Part shown: in pieces, positions 1-9,436 of the stretch
Layout: each line of letters opens with the position of its first letter
Position numbering within the stretch: the stretch's first letter is position 1
Source of the DNA: an uncultured Verrucomicrobiae bacterium
Lineage (GTDB): Bacteria; Verrucomicrobiota; Verrucomicrobiia; Chthoniobacterales; JAFAMB01
Length of the DNA stretch: 64,000 nt
Direction of reading: 5' to 3'
NCBI GenBank assembly: GCA_963762565.1
Contig: CAVXLD010000001.1
Coordinates: 256,001 to 320,000, forward strand
Notes under the pieces: generated by a model
What the model saw: only the letters and a program-made list of their open reading frames with translations
Told to the model about the DNA's origin: nothing
Database searches by the model: none
Translations under genes and position numbers: made by a program

Positions 1-518
1 GCCATTTCCGGATGGGCCGCGGCGAGCTTGAAACCTTAATTAGTACGTTATTTTTCACCGGCCAGATTCTGGTGTTAGACTCCGCCCAGTACTTCCAGAA
101 CCGGACGAAGGTGGTTTCCTCGATAATGTTCCTGACCACCGGACTGGTTTTTACTCTGGTCCTTATTCTATCAAACCATTCTTTCAGCAGTTACCAAGCA
201 GCCGCTCGCGTAGAAGGACAATTCTACCTCCTGGCGATTTTGATCTTCTTTTGCACTCTATTGGCTTTCAACCTGATGAATCGCTGCCAAAAATATATCC
301 CGGCGAGTGAGGCGGCTTTGATTTACACCATGGAACCGGTTTCCACTTCTGTGTTCGCGACCTTCCTACCCGCCTGGCTATCCCATCTGGTTGGTATTCG
401 GTATGAGAACGAACAAGTCTCAGTAAGCCTGCTGATTGGGGGTGGCCTGATTCTAGCCGCTAATTTAGTGATGCAAATCTGGGGGCATACTCGCATCGCC
501 CACGCTGGAGAAACTTGA
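1..518 (+). CDS. DMT/EamA-family permease, 5' end outside the window
   Basis: Multi-TM ORF open from the window edge; AALIYTMEPV and C-terminal GGGLILAA motifs typical of EamA. Confidence 0.8.
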   Translation, partial: HFRMGRGELETLISTLFFTGQILVLDSAQYFQNRTKVVSSIMFLTTGLVFTLVLILSNHSFSSYQAAARVEGQFYLLAILIFFCTLLAFNLMNRCQKYIPASEAALIYTMEPVSTSVFATFLPAWLSHLVGIRYENEQVSVSLLIGGGLILAANLVMQIWGHTRIAHAGET

Positions 519-549
519 CAGCCCGGTCCAGCCGAATCCAAACTGCACT

Positions 550-1590
550 ATGCGCCGCTGTTACCTTCTGCTCGCCTTAACCGGGTTCGCCATCAACTGC
601 CTTGGCCAAGACAGTTCCGATTGGTCGAAAGTGATGGAAGCCGAAAAACAACGCGAGGAAAAACCGGCGGTCGGGCAAAATGCTGTAGAATTTTACGCAG
701 GACGCGAGAAGGCACTTCACGATGCGGCGGCAGATTTTCTGGCGAAGCATCCAGACGATCCCAACGCAGCTAAGGCTCTGCTGTGGAAAATTGATAACAC
801 CGCTTTTTCCGGGCCCGCTGAGGAAAGAACGACTCTTCTAGCAAATCTCTCTAGCGAGACTGATGCTTTCTTTAAGGCTCATCCCCAACCGGCAGCTACC
901 GAAACGCAGATTCGAGAAACGTTGCTCTACTGTTATTTGGACAACGACGATCTGATTCACACCCCGCAACAGGCTGGGGATCTGGCAGCCAAGATCGCCC
1001 AGTTCCTGGCAACCTATCCTGAAGCCGAGAAGCGGGTAAAACTGCAAATTGTTGAGTCAAGCATGCTGCTAAAGGCAGATCAGGCCAAAGGGATAGAATT
1101 TCTGGAGCAATTGAGTAAAGACTCGAACCCTGAGCTGGCTGAGGCAGCGAACGCCGCTCTGGTGAAAGCTCGCCTAGTCGGGAGCAAGCTCGACCTTTCA
1201 TTTGTTGATACCAAGGGGCAAAATGTTGATTTGAGCCAGCTCTCCGGAAAGGTCGTACTCATCGATTTCTGGGCATCATGGTGCCCGGATTGCGCAAGGG
1301 AGATGCCCCAGGTACAACAGGTCTATCGGGATTTTGAGTCGAAAGGGTTTGCGATCCTGGGTGTTTCTTTGGACAAAGATCGGCGCGCGATGGACAACTA
1401 CATTGCTAAACATTTGATTCCCTGGCCTCAATATTTTGACGGAAAAGGTTGGAAGAACGATCTGGTGACGAAGTACTCCGTTCACGAGATTCCGGAGATG
1501 TGGATCATCAATAAAAAGGGTGTCGTGGAGACCACGGCCGCGGATGTCACCCAATTGGCCTCCACCGTGCAACGCCTGGTAGCGGAATAG
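550..1590 (+). CDS. Exported TlpA/redoxin-family thiol-disulfide oxidoreductase
   Basis: Signal peptide; C-terminal LIDFWASWCPDC (CxxC) domain. Confidence 0.85.
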   Translation: MRRCYLLLALTGFAINCLGQDSSDWSKVMEAEKQREEKPAVGQNAVEFYAGREKALHDAAADFLAKHPDDPNAAKALLWKIDNTAFSGPAEERTTLLANLSSETDAFFKAHPQPAATETQIRETLLYCYLDNDDLIHTPQQAGDLAAKIAQFLATYPEAEKRVKLQIVESSMLLKADQAKGIEFLEQLSKDSNPELAEAANAALVKARLVGSKLDLSFVDTKGQNVDLSQLSGKVVLIDFWASWCPDCAREMPQVQQVYRDFESKGFAILGVSLDKDRRAMDNYIAKHLIPWPQYFDGKGWKNDLVTKYSVHEIPEMWIINKKGVVETTAADVTQLASTVQRLVAE

Positions 1591-1602
1591 TACGGCGTGA
1601 AC

Positions 1603-2472
1603 ATGAGCGAGCGGCCTGCTGCCATCGGTGTCATTGGAGGAAGCGGTCTTTATCAGATGGGAGGCTTGGACTCGCCCACAGAGATAGAGGTCGATACTCC
1701 CTTTGGAAAACCCTCCGACTCGATCGTGGGCGGGATCTTAGGAGGCCGTCCGATCTATTTTTTACCCCGGCACGGAAGAGGCCATCGGATCTTGCCGAGC
1801 GAGTTGAATCATCGAGCAAACGTATTTGCGCTGCGGTCTCTGAACGTTCGGTGGCTCATCAGTTTCGGCGCCGTAGGCAGCCTTCAAGAGAACTACCATC
1901 CTCGTGACATTTTACTGCCGTCTCAATTCTTTGATCGAACCAGTCAAAGAGCCTCGTGGACCTTTTTCGGGGAAGGCATCGTTGCCCACGTTTCCTTCGC
2001 GGATCCAGTGAGCTCAAAGCTGAGGGCAATTACCGCAGAGGCAGCCCGGGCGGTGGGTTGCCGTGTTCATGATGGCGGCACCTACGTCAACATGGATGGC
2101 CCCGCTTTTTCAACTCGAGCCGAGTCTGAATTCCATCGAAAAATGGGATTCGATGTGATCGGTATGACGAACCTGCCCGAGGCAAAACTTGCCCGTGAAG
2201 CAGAAATGGCCTTTGTAGCAATCAGTCTAGTGACAGACTACGATTGCTGGAAAGTTGACGTTGAGCCGGTAACGGCGGAAACGATAATCGGCCATCTGCT
2301 GGCGAATGCTGATGCCGCTCGACAGATTACTTCGAAAGTGGTTGCACAGATTCCGGAAGAGCCAAATTGGCCGGAGCATCGGGCATTGGATTCCGCTCTA
2401 GTTACTGATCGGAAACTTTGGCCGCCCGCCACGGTTAGAAAGTTAGAAGTTATCTTGAAACGATTTTTGTGA
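1603..2472 (+). CDS. mtnP: S-methyl-5'-thioadenosine phosphorylase
   Basis: IGVIGGSG, PRHGRGH, GPAFSTRAES, GMTNLPEAKLARE, VTDYDCW. Confidence 0.93.
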   Translation: MSERPAAIGVIGGSGLYQMGGLDSPTEIEVDTPFGKPSDSIVGGILGGRPIYFLPRHGRGHRILPSELNHRANVFALRSLNVRWLISFGAVGSLQENYHPRDILLPSQFFDRTSQRASWTFFGEGIVAHVSFADPVSSKLRAITAEAARAVGCRVHDGGTYVNMDGPAFSTRAESEFHRKMGFDVIGMTNLPEAKLAREAEMAFVAISLVTDYDCWKVDVEPVTAETIIGHLLANADAARQITSKVVAQIPEEPNWPEHRALDSALVTDRKLWPPATVRKLEVILKRFL

Positions 2473-3311
2473 AAATGCGTTATCTCTTGGGTTGGTTTTT
2501 CGTGCTTTTTAGCATGGTCTCTTGGGCTGCGGCTGAAGACACGACGGTGGCGAGTCCAAGTCCGTCCCCGTCACCAGTATCAACACCTGAAGCTCCAGCC
2601 GCCGAGGTAAAACCGGCGACCTGGTTCAGCGTGCACGTCGACGGTCCTTACATCGCGATGACTTTCGATGATGGACCCAGTGCGGAAACCACTCCTCGAC
2701 TGCTGGACATTCTTAAACAACGAAATCTCAAAGTCACTTTCTTCGAGATCGGTCAAAACGCCGAACGCAATCCGGCGATCGTTAAACGAATTCTGGCGGA
2801 AGGGCATGAGATCGGGAATCACTCGTGGACGCACCCCCAGCTGTCGAAGTTGTCCGACGAGCGCGTCACTGAAGAGATCACCAAGACCCAAGACGCGATC
2901 AAAAACGCATCCGGTTCCGGCTATACCCCAACTCTGTTACGCCCGCCGTATGGCGCCATCACTGCCCGGCAGAAGGAGTGGATCGAAAAACAGTTTGGCT
3001 TGAGCATCATCATGTGGTCCGTGGATCCCTTCGACTGGAAACGGCCCGGAGAATCAGTGATCGAGCAACGGATTTTGGCCGGCGCACGACCCGGTGCGAT
3101 CATACTTTCCCACGATATCCACAAACAGACCGTTGATGCGATGCCAGCTACATTAGATGCGCTGATAGCCAAGGGATTCAAGTTCGTGACCGTCAGTCAA
3201 TTGATTGCGATGAACACACCCAAGAGCAGCGTCACCCCAAGTCCGCGGCCGTCAGCCAGTCCTCACGCAAGTCCGGTGAAAAAAAAGGCTAGACTGGCGG
3301 CGGGGAACTAG
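2469..3311 (+). CDS. Secreted polysaccharide deacetylase (CE4/NodB)
   Basis: TFDDGP, HSWTH, RPPYG, LSHD motifs; signal peptide. Confidence 0.92.
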   Translation: MKMRYLLGWFFVLFSMVSWAAAEDTTVASPSPSPSPVSTPEAPAAEVKPATWFSVHVDGPYIAMTFDDGPSAETTPRLLDILKQRNLKVTFFEIGQNAERNPAIVKRILAEGHEIGNHSWTHPQLSKLSDERVTEEITKTQDAIKNASGSGYTPTLLRPPYGAITARQKEWIEKQFGLSIIMWSVDPFDWKRPGESVIEQRILAGARPGAIILSHDIHKQTVDAMPATLDALIAKGFKFVTVSQLIAMNTPKSSVTPSPRPSASPHASPVKKKARLAAGN

Positions 3312-3320
3312 AGGGTTTTT

Positions 3321-3602
3321 GGTAGGGCGAGGCTCCCGAACATCCCGACATCTTCGCAACGCCGGGGATGATCTTCTACCAGTGTATTAACGTGGCCGAT
3401 CAGCGCGCCGAGCCGTTGGTCCCAGCGAGTTCCATGACCCACAAGAACGGATCGAAGGTTTTTAAAAGTTCTCGCACGTCGAAGCGGTTAAATCAGCGCT
3501 GGGTAAATCGGCTCGGCGGGCAGACCGGGGCTGGACGCGTTTAATCCAAAAAATCACGGGCCCTGCGAAAGTGCATTCGTAATTCGGGAGCCTCGCCCTA
3601 CC
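3321..3602. repeat. Family B REP/REPIN-like long imperfect palindrome
   Basis: GGTAGGGCGAGGCTCCCG..CGCCGAGCCG..CGGCTCGGCG..CGGGAGCCTCGCCCTACC. Confidence 0.9.
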
Positions 3603-3655
3603 CCCCTCGCAGAGTCCTAGCTAACCAGGACGATTCTGCTACCATAGCCGCATCA

Positions 3656-5377
3656 ATGGTAGTGGAGACATATCTCGAGGCTCGTGCTCGGCTCGCTGGT
3701 GTCGTAGGGAACTTGGTTTCTCTCGCCAGAGAGACCGATGAAAGCCAGGAGACGATCGAAACGCTCCAGACTCTCTCGCGCAGTCTGGCGGATCCGCTTC
3801 TTTTTGTTGTGGTAGGCGAAGTGAAGGCAGGCAAATCGTCTTTGCTGAACGCGGTTTTTGGACAGGAATTTTGCAAAGTCGACGTGCTGCCTGCCACCGA
3901 TAAGATCTACGTCTTCAAGTACGGAGAGAAAGACCATGATGTGCCGGTATCGGATCATCTGACCGAGCGTTACCGCCCAATCCCGTTTTTGAAGAATTTC
4001 AACATCGTCGACACGCCGGGCACGAATACCATCGTGGCCAGCCACCATGAAATCACGACCAGCTATGTTCCACTGGCGGACTTGATCGTGTTCGTTTTCT
4101 CCGTGGTGAATCCGTGGGCTGCCTCAGCTTGGGAATTTCTTCGGCTGCTTGGGAATCGATGGAAGAAAAACATCGTGTTTGTATTACAACAGGCGGATCT
4201 ACGTTCGCCGGAAGAAGTCCAGGTCATTATCAAACACCTTGACCAGACCGTTCTTCAGATATTGGGCTCGAGCCGGCCGATTTTCGCGGTTGCTGCAAAG
4301 AAGGCCCTTAAGGCTAAGCTCATCTCGAATCCGCCCGAAGAGCCACTTTGGCAGGAAAGCAACTTTGCTGTCCTGGAGAATTGGATTTCTGAGACGGTAA
4401 CTCAAAGCGAGGAACGAGGCGGCAAGCTGCGGTCGACAGCTCAAACCGCCCAGGTTGTCGCCAATTCGATCCAGGTCCGTCTGCAAAGCTCTTTGGACCT
4501 CCTGAAATCAGATCAGGAAAAGTTGGGGACGATTCGTCGATCACTGGAGGCGCGAAAAGGGCAAACCCTTCGCCAAGTGGGCGGTTTTATCCGGGAAATG
4601 GAAATGGCTTACGATAACTGCCGTGAGCGGGGTGAGAAGCTGCTCGAGGAACGCCTCAGCCTGACCCAAACGTTCAAAATGATTTTTTCCGGCGGCCGTT
4701 GGGAAAAGGACTTTCAGGACCAAGTGGAACGCGATGTCAGGACCAAGGTACAAGAACAGATCGAACACGCGCTCGGGCTGCTCGAGTCGGATCTGCGCGG
4801 TATTTGGCAGGACTTACAGGAACGAGTTCAAGTTCAATTCGATAGCGACAGCAAACGACAGGTACGTCCAGCGTTGCCCGGGTTCCTAAGCCAGCGGGGA
4901 ATCATATTGCAAAAACTCCAACTAACCCTCCTCGAGCAAACCTCGGACGCGAAGATCAAAGAGCAGCTGCAGAGCTGGTTTGGCGAGACCGCTCGTTGGC
5001 TCCGGGTTCCAGCCGGGGTCGCTGCTGCTGGCGGAGTCTTTACCGTCATTGCTGCCCTGGCGCACGCCGCGATTCTAGACGTAACCGGGACGGTCGCCGG
5101 CGTCGCAGCAGCAGCCGGAACATTGTATGCCGTCCTGAGGCGTCGCCATATTTTGAGGGAATACCGCTTACGGATGAATGAGAAACGAACCCAACTTTCG
5201 GAGGCCGTTGAGACACAACTGCGTAACGCCATCACGGCCTTCTACCATGAGATCGGTACTACGTTCGATCCGTTAGAGAGTTTCTGTATCGCCGAAGCGC
5301 ACCGCATTTTGCCGTTACGAGAACGGGTGGATGAGATTGAGCGCTCATTGGTGGAGCTCAAGCAAATGACCGGGTGA
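3656..5377 (+). CDS. Dynamin-like GTPase
   Basis: GEVKAGKS P-loop, DTPG, long helical stalk, hydrophobic paddle near aa 440-495. Confidence 0.85.
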   Translation: MVVETYLEARARLAGVVGNLVSLARETDESQETIETLQTLSRSLADPLLFVVVGEVKAGKSSLLNAVFGQEFCKVDVLPATDKIYVFKYGEKDHDVPVSDHLTERYRPIPFLKNFNIVDTPGTNTIVASHHEITTSYVPLADLIVFVFSVVNPWAASAWEFLRLLGNRWKKNIVFVLQQADLRSPEEVQVIIKHLDQTVLQILGSSRPIFAVAAKKALKAKLISNPPEEPLWQESNFAVLENWISETVTQSEERGGKLRSTAQTAQVVANSIQVRLQSSLDLLKSDQEKLGTIRRSLEARKGQTLRQVGGFIREMEMAYDNCRERGEKLLEERLSLTQTFKMIFSGGRWEKDFQDQVERDVRTKVQEQIEHALGLLESDLRGIWQDLQERVQVQFDSDSKRQVRPALPGFLSQRGIILQKLQLTLLEQTSDAKIKEQLQSWFGETARWLRVPAGVAAAGGVFTVIAALAHAAILDVTGTVAGVAAAAGTLYAVLRRRHILREYRLRMNEKRTQLSEAVETQLRNAITAFYHEIGTTFDPLESFCIAEAHRILPLRERVDEIERSLVELKQMTG

Positions 5378-5407
5378 TGTAGACATGGACCCGGAAGGGG
5401 GAGACAC

Positions 5408-5622
5408 CCGGAGGGGAGCCGCTTTGTCAGACGCTAGCTGTGTTCGGTCGGCAGCAGGCGGCTCCCGGGAATAGCCCAGCGCGTTCTATTTATCCAGCGC
5501 CTACTTCGTTGAAGCACCGACACGGACAGAGCCTATAGAGCTGGATTACCTGGCAGACGTTACCGGGAGCCGCCTGCAAGCAACCGATAGACCTGCCAAC
5601 TTACAAAGCGGCTCCCCTCCGG
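5408..5622. repeat. Family A double-hairpin element
   Basis: Terminal IR GGAGGGGAGCCGCTTT/AAAGCGGCTCCCCTCC with inner GCGGCTCCCGG/CCGGGAGCCGC IR. Confidence 0.9.
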
Positions 5623-5630
5623 CGCCGCGT

Positions 5631-5700
5631 CGCCGATACGCCCATTCGCCCTTTCGCCCGTTCGCCGATACGCCCACACGCCGACACGCCCATACCCCCC
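5631..5700. repeat. Octamer tandem repeat (CGCCnATw-like)
   Basis: cgccgata cgcccatt cgcccttt cgcccgtt cgccgata; related tracts at ~42270, 42615, 44431, 48776, 48930, 58230, 60385. Confidence 0.8.
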
Positions 5701-5756
5701 AGCTACCTCTGGACGCCACGTGCCCATTATGGCAGGCTCCGCCGCAACATTCCTTC

Positions 5757-6620
5757 ATGAGTCGCTTTTTGCGTAGACTGGTCAGCGCCGTCGCTATGTG
5801 GGCGATCGCCTTGGCAGTTGTTTCCACCGGAAACGAAGTCGTTTTCTTTCTCCTGATCGCCGGGCTGGGGCTGGCCGGGCTTTGGGAATACTTCGTAATG
5901 ATCGAGAAATCCGGGATGCGCTGCTTCAAAGCATTCGGCATCTGCTGCGGAGCAGCTTATTTCATCGGAAGTTTCCTATTCTTCCGATCGAATGGAGCTG
6001 ACGCTGACTATAACTTCGAGACCCTGGTGCTCTTGGTATTCTTGTTCGGCGTTTTTGCCCGGCAGATGTTTCGGCCGAGCACGAAGCAAGCACCGCTGGA
6101 AACGATGGCATACACCTTGTTCGGGTTGCTTTACGTCTCCTGGTTATTCAATTTTTTGACGAAGATCATTTACGTAGTTCCGCGAGACCCGAACGGCCAT
6201 ACGGTTGGCCAATTCTACGTCATTTATCTTGTAATCGTAACGAAGTTCAGTGATATGGGCGCGTATCTCGTCGGCAGCAAGATCGGACGTCATCTGATGG
6301 TTCCGCATATCAGCCCGGCCAAAACCTGGGAAGGGTTCATCGGCTCACTGGTATTTGCGGCGCTGGGAAGCTGTTTATCGCTTCTGGTGCTACCCCATGA
6401 GTTGCACGCGCTGAACTGGTTACACGCATTGCTCCTGGGCATGCTGATTGGCTTAGCTGCCGTGGTCGGCGATCTCGGTGAATCGATCTTGAAAAGAAGT
6501 ACCGGTGTGAAAGACTCCGGTTCTGTGTTGCCCGGAATCGGCGGTGTGCTAGACCTGATCGATAGCCTCTTGTTTACAGGTCCTTTGCTTTACTTTTATC
6601 TTAGGCTCTTAGCCCAATGA
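5757..6620 (+). CDS. cdsA: Phosphatidate cytidylyltransferase
   Basis: SPAKTWEG, GDLGESILKR, KDSGSVLPGIGGVLD. Confidence 0.95.
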   Translation: MSRFLRRLVSAVAMWAIALAVVSTGNEVVFFLLIAGLGLAGLWEYFVMIEKSGMRCFKAFGICCGAAYFIGSFLFFRSNGADADYNFETLVLLVFLFGVFARQMFRPSTKQAPLETMAYTLFGLLYVSWLFNFLTKIIYVVPRDPNGHTVGQFYVIYLVIVTKFSDMGAYLVGSKIGRHLMVPHISPAKTWEGFIGSLVFAALGSCLSLLVLPHELHALNWLHALLLGMLIGLAAVVGDLGESILKRSTGVKDSGSVLPGIGGVLDLIDSLLFTGPLLYFYLRLLAQ

Positions 6621-7771
6621 GAAAACGCCGAGTCATTCTCCTAGGCGCTACCGGGTCGATTGGGTCTAGTGCCATCAAAGTCGCGGAAACCATTCCCGAT
6701 CGAATGCAGATCGTCGGCATGGCGGCCAAGCGCAATGCCCGGCTGTTAGCTCAAGCCGCGAACCGCGCCCGCCCGGAGGCAATTTGTTTGGTCGACGAAG
6801 CTCACCTGGATGAACTACGATCCTGTTTGGATTATTCGCCGGAAATTCTTACCGGTGAGCTGGGCCTGGAAACGCTTGCGCGCAGCGGCGGTGCGGACCT
6901 GGTACTAGTCGCGATCGTCGGTACTACTGGATTAAAGCCCGCTCTGGCCGCGATTGAGACGGGAAAAGACCTCGCCGTCGCAAGCAAAGAGATTCTGGTC
7001 ATGGCTGGCGAGACTGTGATGACCCAGGCCGGCCAAAAAGGCATAAAAGTGCTGCCTGTGGATAGTGAGCACAACGCGATTTTCCAATGTTTGGAAGGTA
7101 AACCAAAGCATGAAATCAGAAGTCTTATTTTGACGGCCTCCGGCGGGCCATTCCGGACATTGAGCTCGGAACGCCTGGCATCCGTGACCGTCGCTGATGC
7201 TCTCAATCATCCAACCTGGAAGATGGGCCGTAAAATCAGTATCGATTCGGCGACCCTCTTCAACAAGGGACTCGAGATGATCGAGGCGCGTTGGCTTTTC
7301 GACATCCCCATGGCTCAAGTCCAAGTTCTGGTTCACCCGCAAAGTATCGTGCACTCGATGGTCGAGTTTGTAGACGGTTCATTGCTGGCACAATTGAGCC
7401 ATTCTGACATGTGTTTCCCGATCCAATACGCCGTTACCTGGCCTGACCGGGTTCCTAACGCCTTGAAACCGCTCCGACTGGCCGAGCTTGGACGCCTGGA
7501 GTTTGAAGAACCGCGCTATGACGATTTCCCAGCCTTGCGGCTTGCAAGACAGGCGGGCGAGAACGGAGGAACCATGCCCGCCGTTTTGAATGCCGCCAAT
7601 GAAATTGCCGTCGAAGCGTTTTTGGAAGGCCGGATTACTTTCCCGCGGATCTGGTCTTTGGTTGAGAACGCAATGAATCGATCGGACAATTTTGCCAGAC
7701 CAAGCCTGGATGATATAATCCAGGCTGACGGCAAGGCCCGCGATTCGGTTCGGGAGGCGTTGGCGCAATAG
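6617..7771 (+). CDS. dxr: 1-deoxy-D-xylulose-5-phosphate reductoisomerase
   Basis: LGATGSIG, LPVDSEH, HPTWKMG, NKGLE. Confidence 0.97.
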   Translation: MRKRRVILLGATGSIGSSAIKVAETIPDRMQIVGMAAKRNARLLAQAANRARPEAICLVDEAHLDELRSCLDYSPEILTGELGLETLARSGGADLVLVAIVGTTGLKPALAAIETGKDLAVASKEILVMAGETVMTQAGQKGIKVLPVDSEHNAIFQCLEGKPKHEIRSLILTASGGPFRTLSSERLASVTVADALNHPTWKMGRKISIDSATLFNKGLEMIEARWLFDIPMAQVQVLVHPQSIVHSMVEFVDGSLLAQLSHSDMCFPIQYAVTWPDRVPNALKPLRLAELGRLEFEEPRYDDFPALRLARQAGENGGTMPAVLNAANEIAVEAFLEGRITFPRIWSLVENAMNRSDNFARPSLDDIIQADGKARDSVREALAQ

Positions 7772-7774
7772 AAT

Positions 7775-9436
7775 ATGATCCTGAATATCTTAAGGGTAGG
7801 GTTGATCGTTTTCGAGGTCCTGCTCATCTTCAATCTGCTCATCATCGTCCACGAGCTTGGACACTTTCTCGCAGCTCGCTGGCGAGGCTTACATGTAGAC
7901 AAATTTGGCGTCTGGTTCGGCCGGCCAATTCTAAGGCGCACGATCGGAGGCGTTGAGTTCTGCCTGGGTTGGATTCCGGCCGGCGGATTTGTGTTGCTGC
8001 CTCAGATGGCCACCATGGAAGCCGTTGAAGGTAAGTCCGGGGTCAGCGGCTCAGATCTGCCACCCATCAAGCCGCTTGACAAAATCATTGTGGCGGCGGC
8101 GGGGCCGCTCTTCAGTTTTTTGTTAGCCTTGGTTTTCGCAACGATCGTCTGGATCGTCGGCCGGCCAATGGCTGAAGCGGATACTACCACGACCATTGGC
8201 TACGTGGCGCCGGACGCGCCGGCCGCCAAAGCCGGTTTCAAACCGGGCGACAAAGTTCTGGAAGTCGATGGTCATCCTGTAAATCGGTTCAATGGGATGG
8301 TCGACAGCATTACCTGGTACGTCGTCCGCAGCGAAGGAGCGACTATCCCATTTAAAATTCAGCGGGGCGATCAGATTCTGAGCATCAATTCTGGCTTCGA
8401 TAAGCCGGAGACCCCGGGTTGGGAACGAAAGTCATTGCGCCAAGTAGGGTTGCAACCGGCTATTACGCCGATTGTTGCCAAGGTAGCGCCAGATTCGGAA
8501 GGCGCGAAAGCCGGGCTGGAAGCAAACGACGAAGTCGTCGATATCGGTGGCCAGAAGATTTACTACCTCAAGCAAATATCCGAATGGGCTCAGAAACATT
8601 CCGGACAGCCTCTCCCACTTACGGTCATCCGCGACGGACGAACTTTGCACATCGATATGCAGCCGGGTCGTCTCGTGATTGCCGGCATTATCCAGAATAG
8701 CCCGGCGGATGTTGCCAAGTTGCAGAAAGGCGACGTAATCATCGCGCTGAACGATCAGCAGATCTATGACATCGATGCGATCAACCAGTATGTGGATGCC
8801 AATCCGGACAAAGTACTCACTCTGACGGTTCGACGCGAGGGCCAAACACTCTCCGTCCGGATCCGGCCCGCGGTACCGGATCGCCCCCTGTCGCAGGAAG
8901 GAAAAACGCATCCGATCATTGGTTTCTACACTGGCGAGAGTACGGACGGAATTACCTGGGATGCGGGCGGCAAATTGACGACTGCTCACATCTCCCCGAT
9001 TGAACAGGTCTCTGCCGGAGTAGAGACAATCACGAACACGATCGGTGCGCTGCTCTCACCACAGTCGGATATCAAGCTACAGCACATGAGTGGCCCGGTG
9101 ATGATCATGCGGACCTATTACCTGCTGTTTCAAAGCGAATTTGGTTGGCAGCTGGCCCTATGGTTCAGCGTCGTATTCAACATCAACCTGGCAATCATTA
9201 ACCTGCTGCCTATCCCGGTGCTTGACGGTGGGCATATTCTCTTGGCCATCCTGGAAGCAATCCGGCGGCGGCCGCTCAATATTCGGGTGCTCGAAGTGTT
9301 GCAGGGCGCCTGCGCGATCTTGCTGATTGGATTCATGCTCTACGTCTCCTTCTATGATGTGCAGGACTCCGTTGGCGGGAACCAGAAACCGGCGTTTAAT
9401 CATCCCGCCCAACCTGCGCCTTCCGACAACCAATGA
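7775..9436 (+). CDS. rseP: RIP (site-2) metalloprotease with PDZ domains
   Basis: HELGH, NLLPIPVLDGG, about three PDZ repeats; synteny with cdsA-dxr. Confidence 0.93.
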   Translation: MILNILRVGLIVFEVLLIFNLLIIVHELGHFLAARWRGLHVDKFGVWFGRPILRRTIGGVEFCLGWIPAGGFVLLPQMATMEAVEGKSGVSGSDLPPIKPLDKIIVAAAGPLFSFLLALVFATIVWIVGRPMAEADTTTTIGYVAPDAPAAKAGFKPGDKVLEVDGHPVNRFNGMVDSITWYVVRSEGATIPFKIQRGDQILSINSGFDKPETPGWERKSLRQVGLQPAITPIVAKVAPDSEGAKAGLEANDEVVDIGGQKIYYLKQISEWAQKHSGQPLPLTVIRDGRTLHIDMQPGRLVIAGIIQNSPADVAKLQKGDVIIALNDQQIYDIDAINQYVDANPDKVLTLTVRREGQTLSVRIRPAVPDRPLSQEGKTHPIIGFYTGESTDGITWDAGGKLTTAHISPIEQVSAGVETITNTIGALLSPQSDIKLQHMSGPVMIMRTYYLLFQSEFGWQLALWFSVVFNINLAIINLLPIPVLDGGHILLAILEAIRRRPLNIRVLEVLQGACAILLIGFMLYVSFYDVQDSVGGNQKPAFNHPAQPAPSDNQ

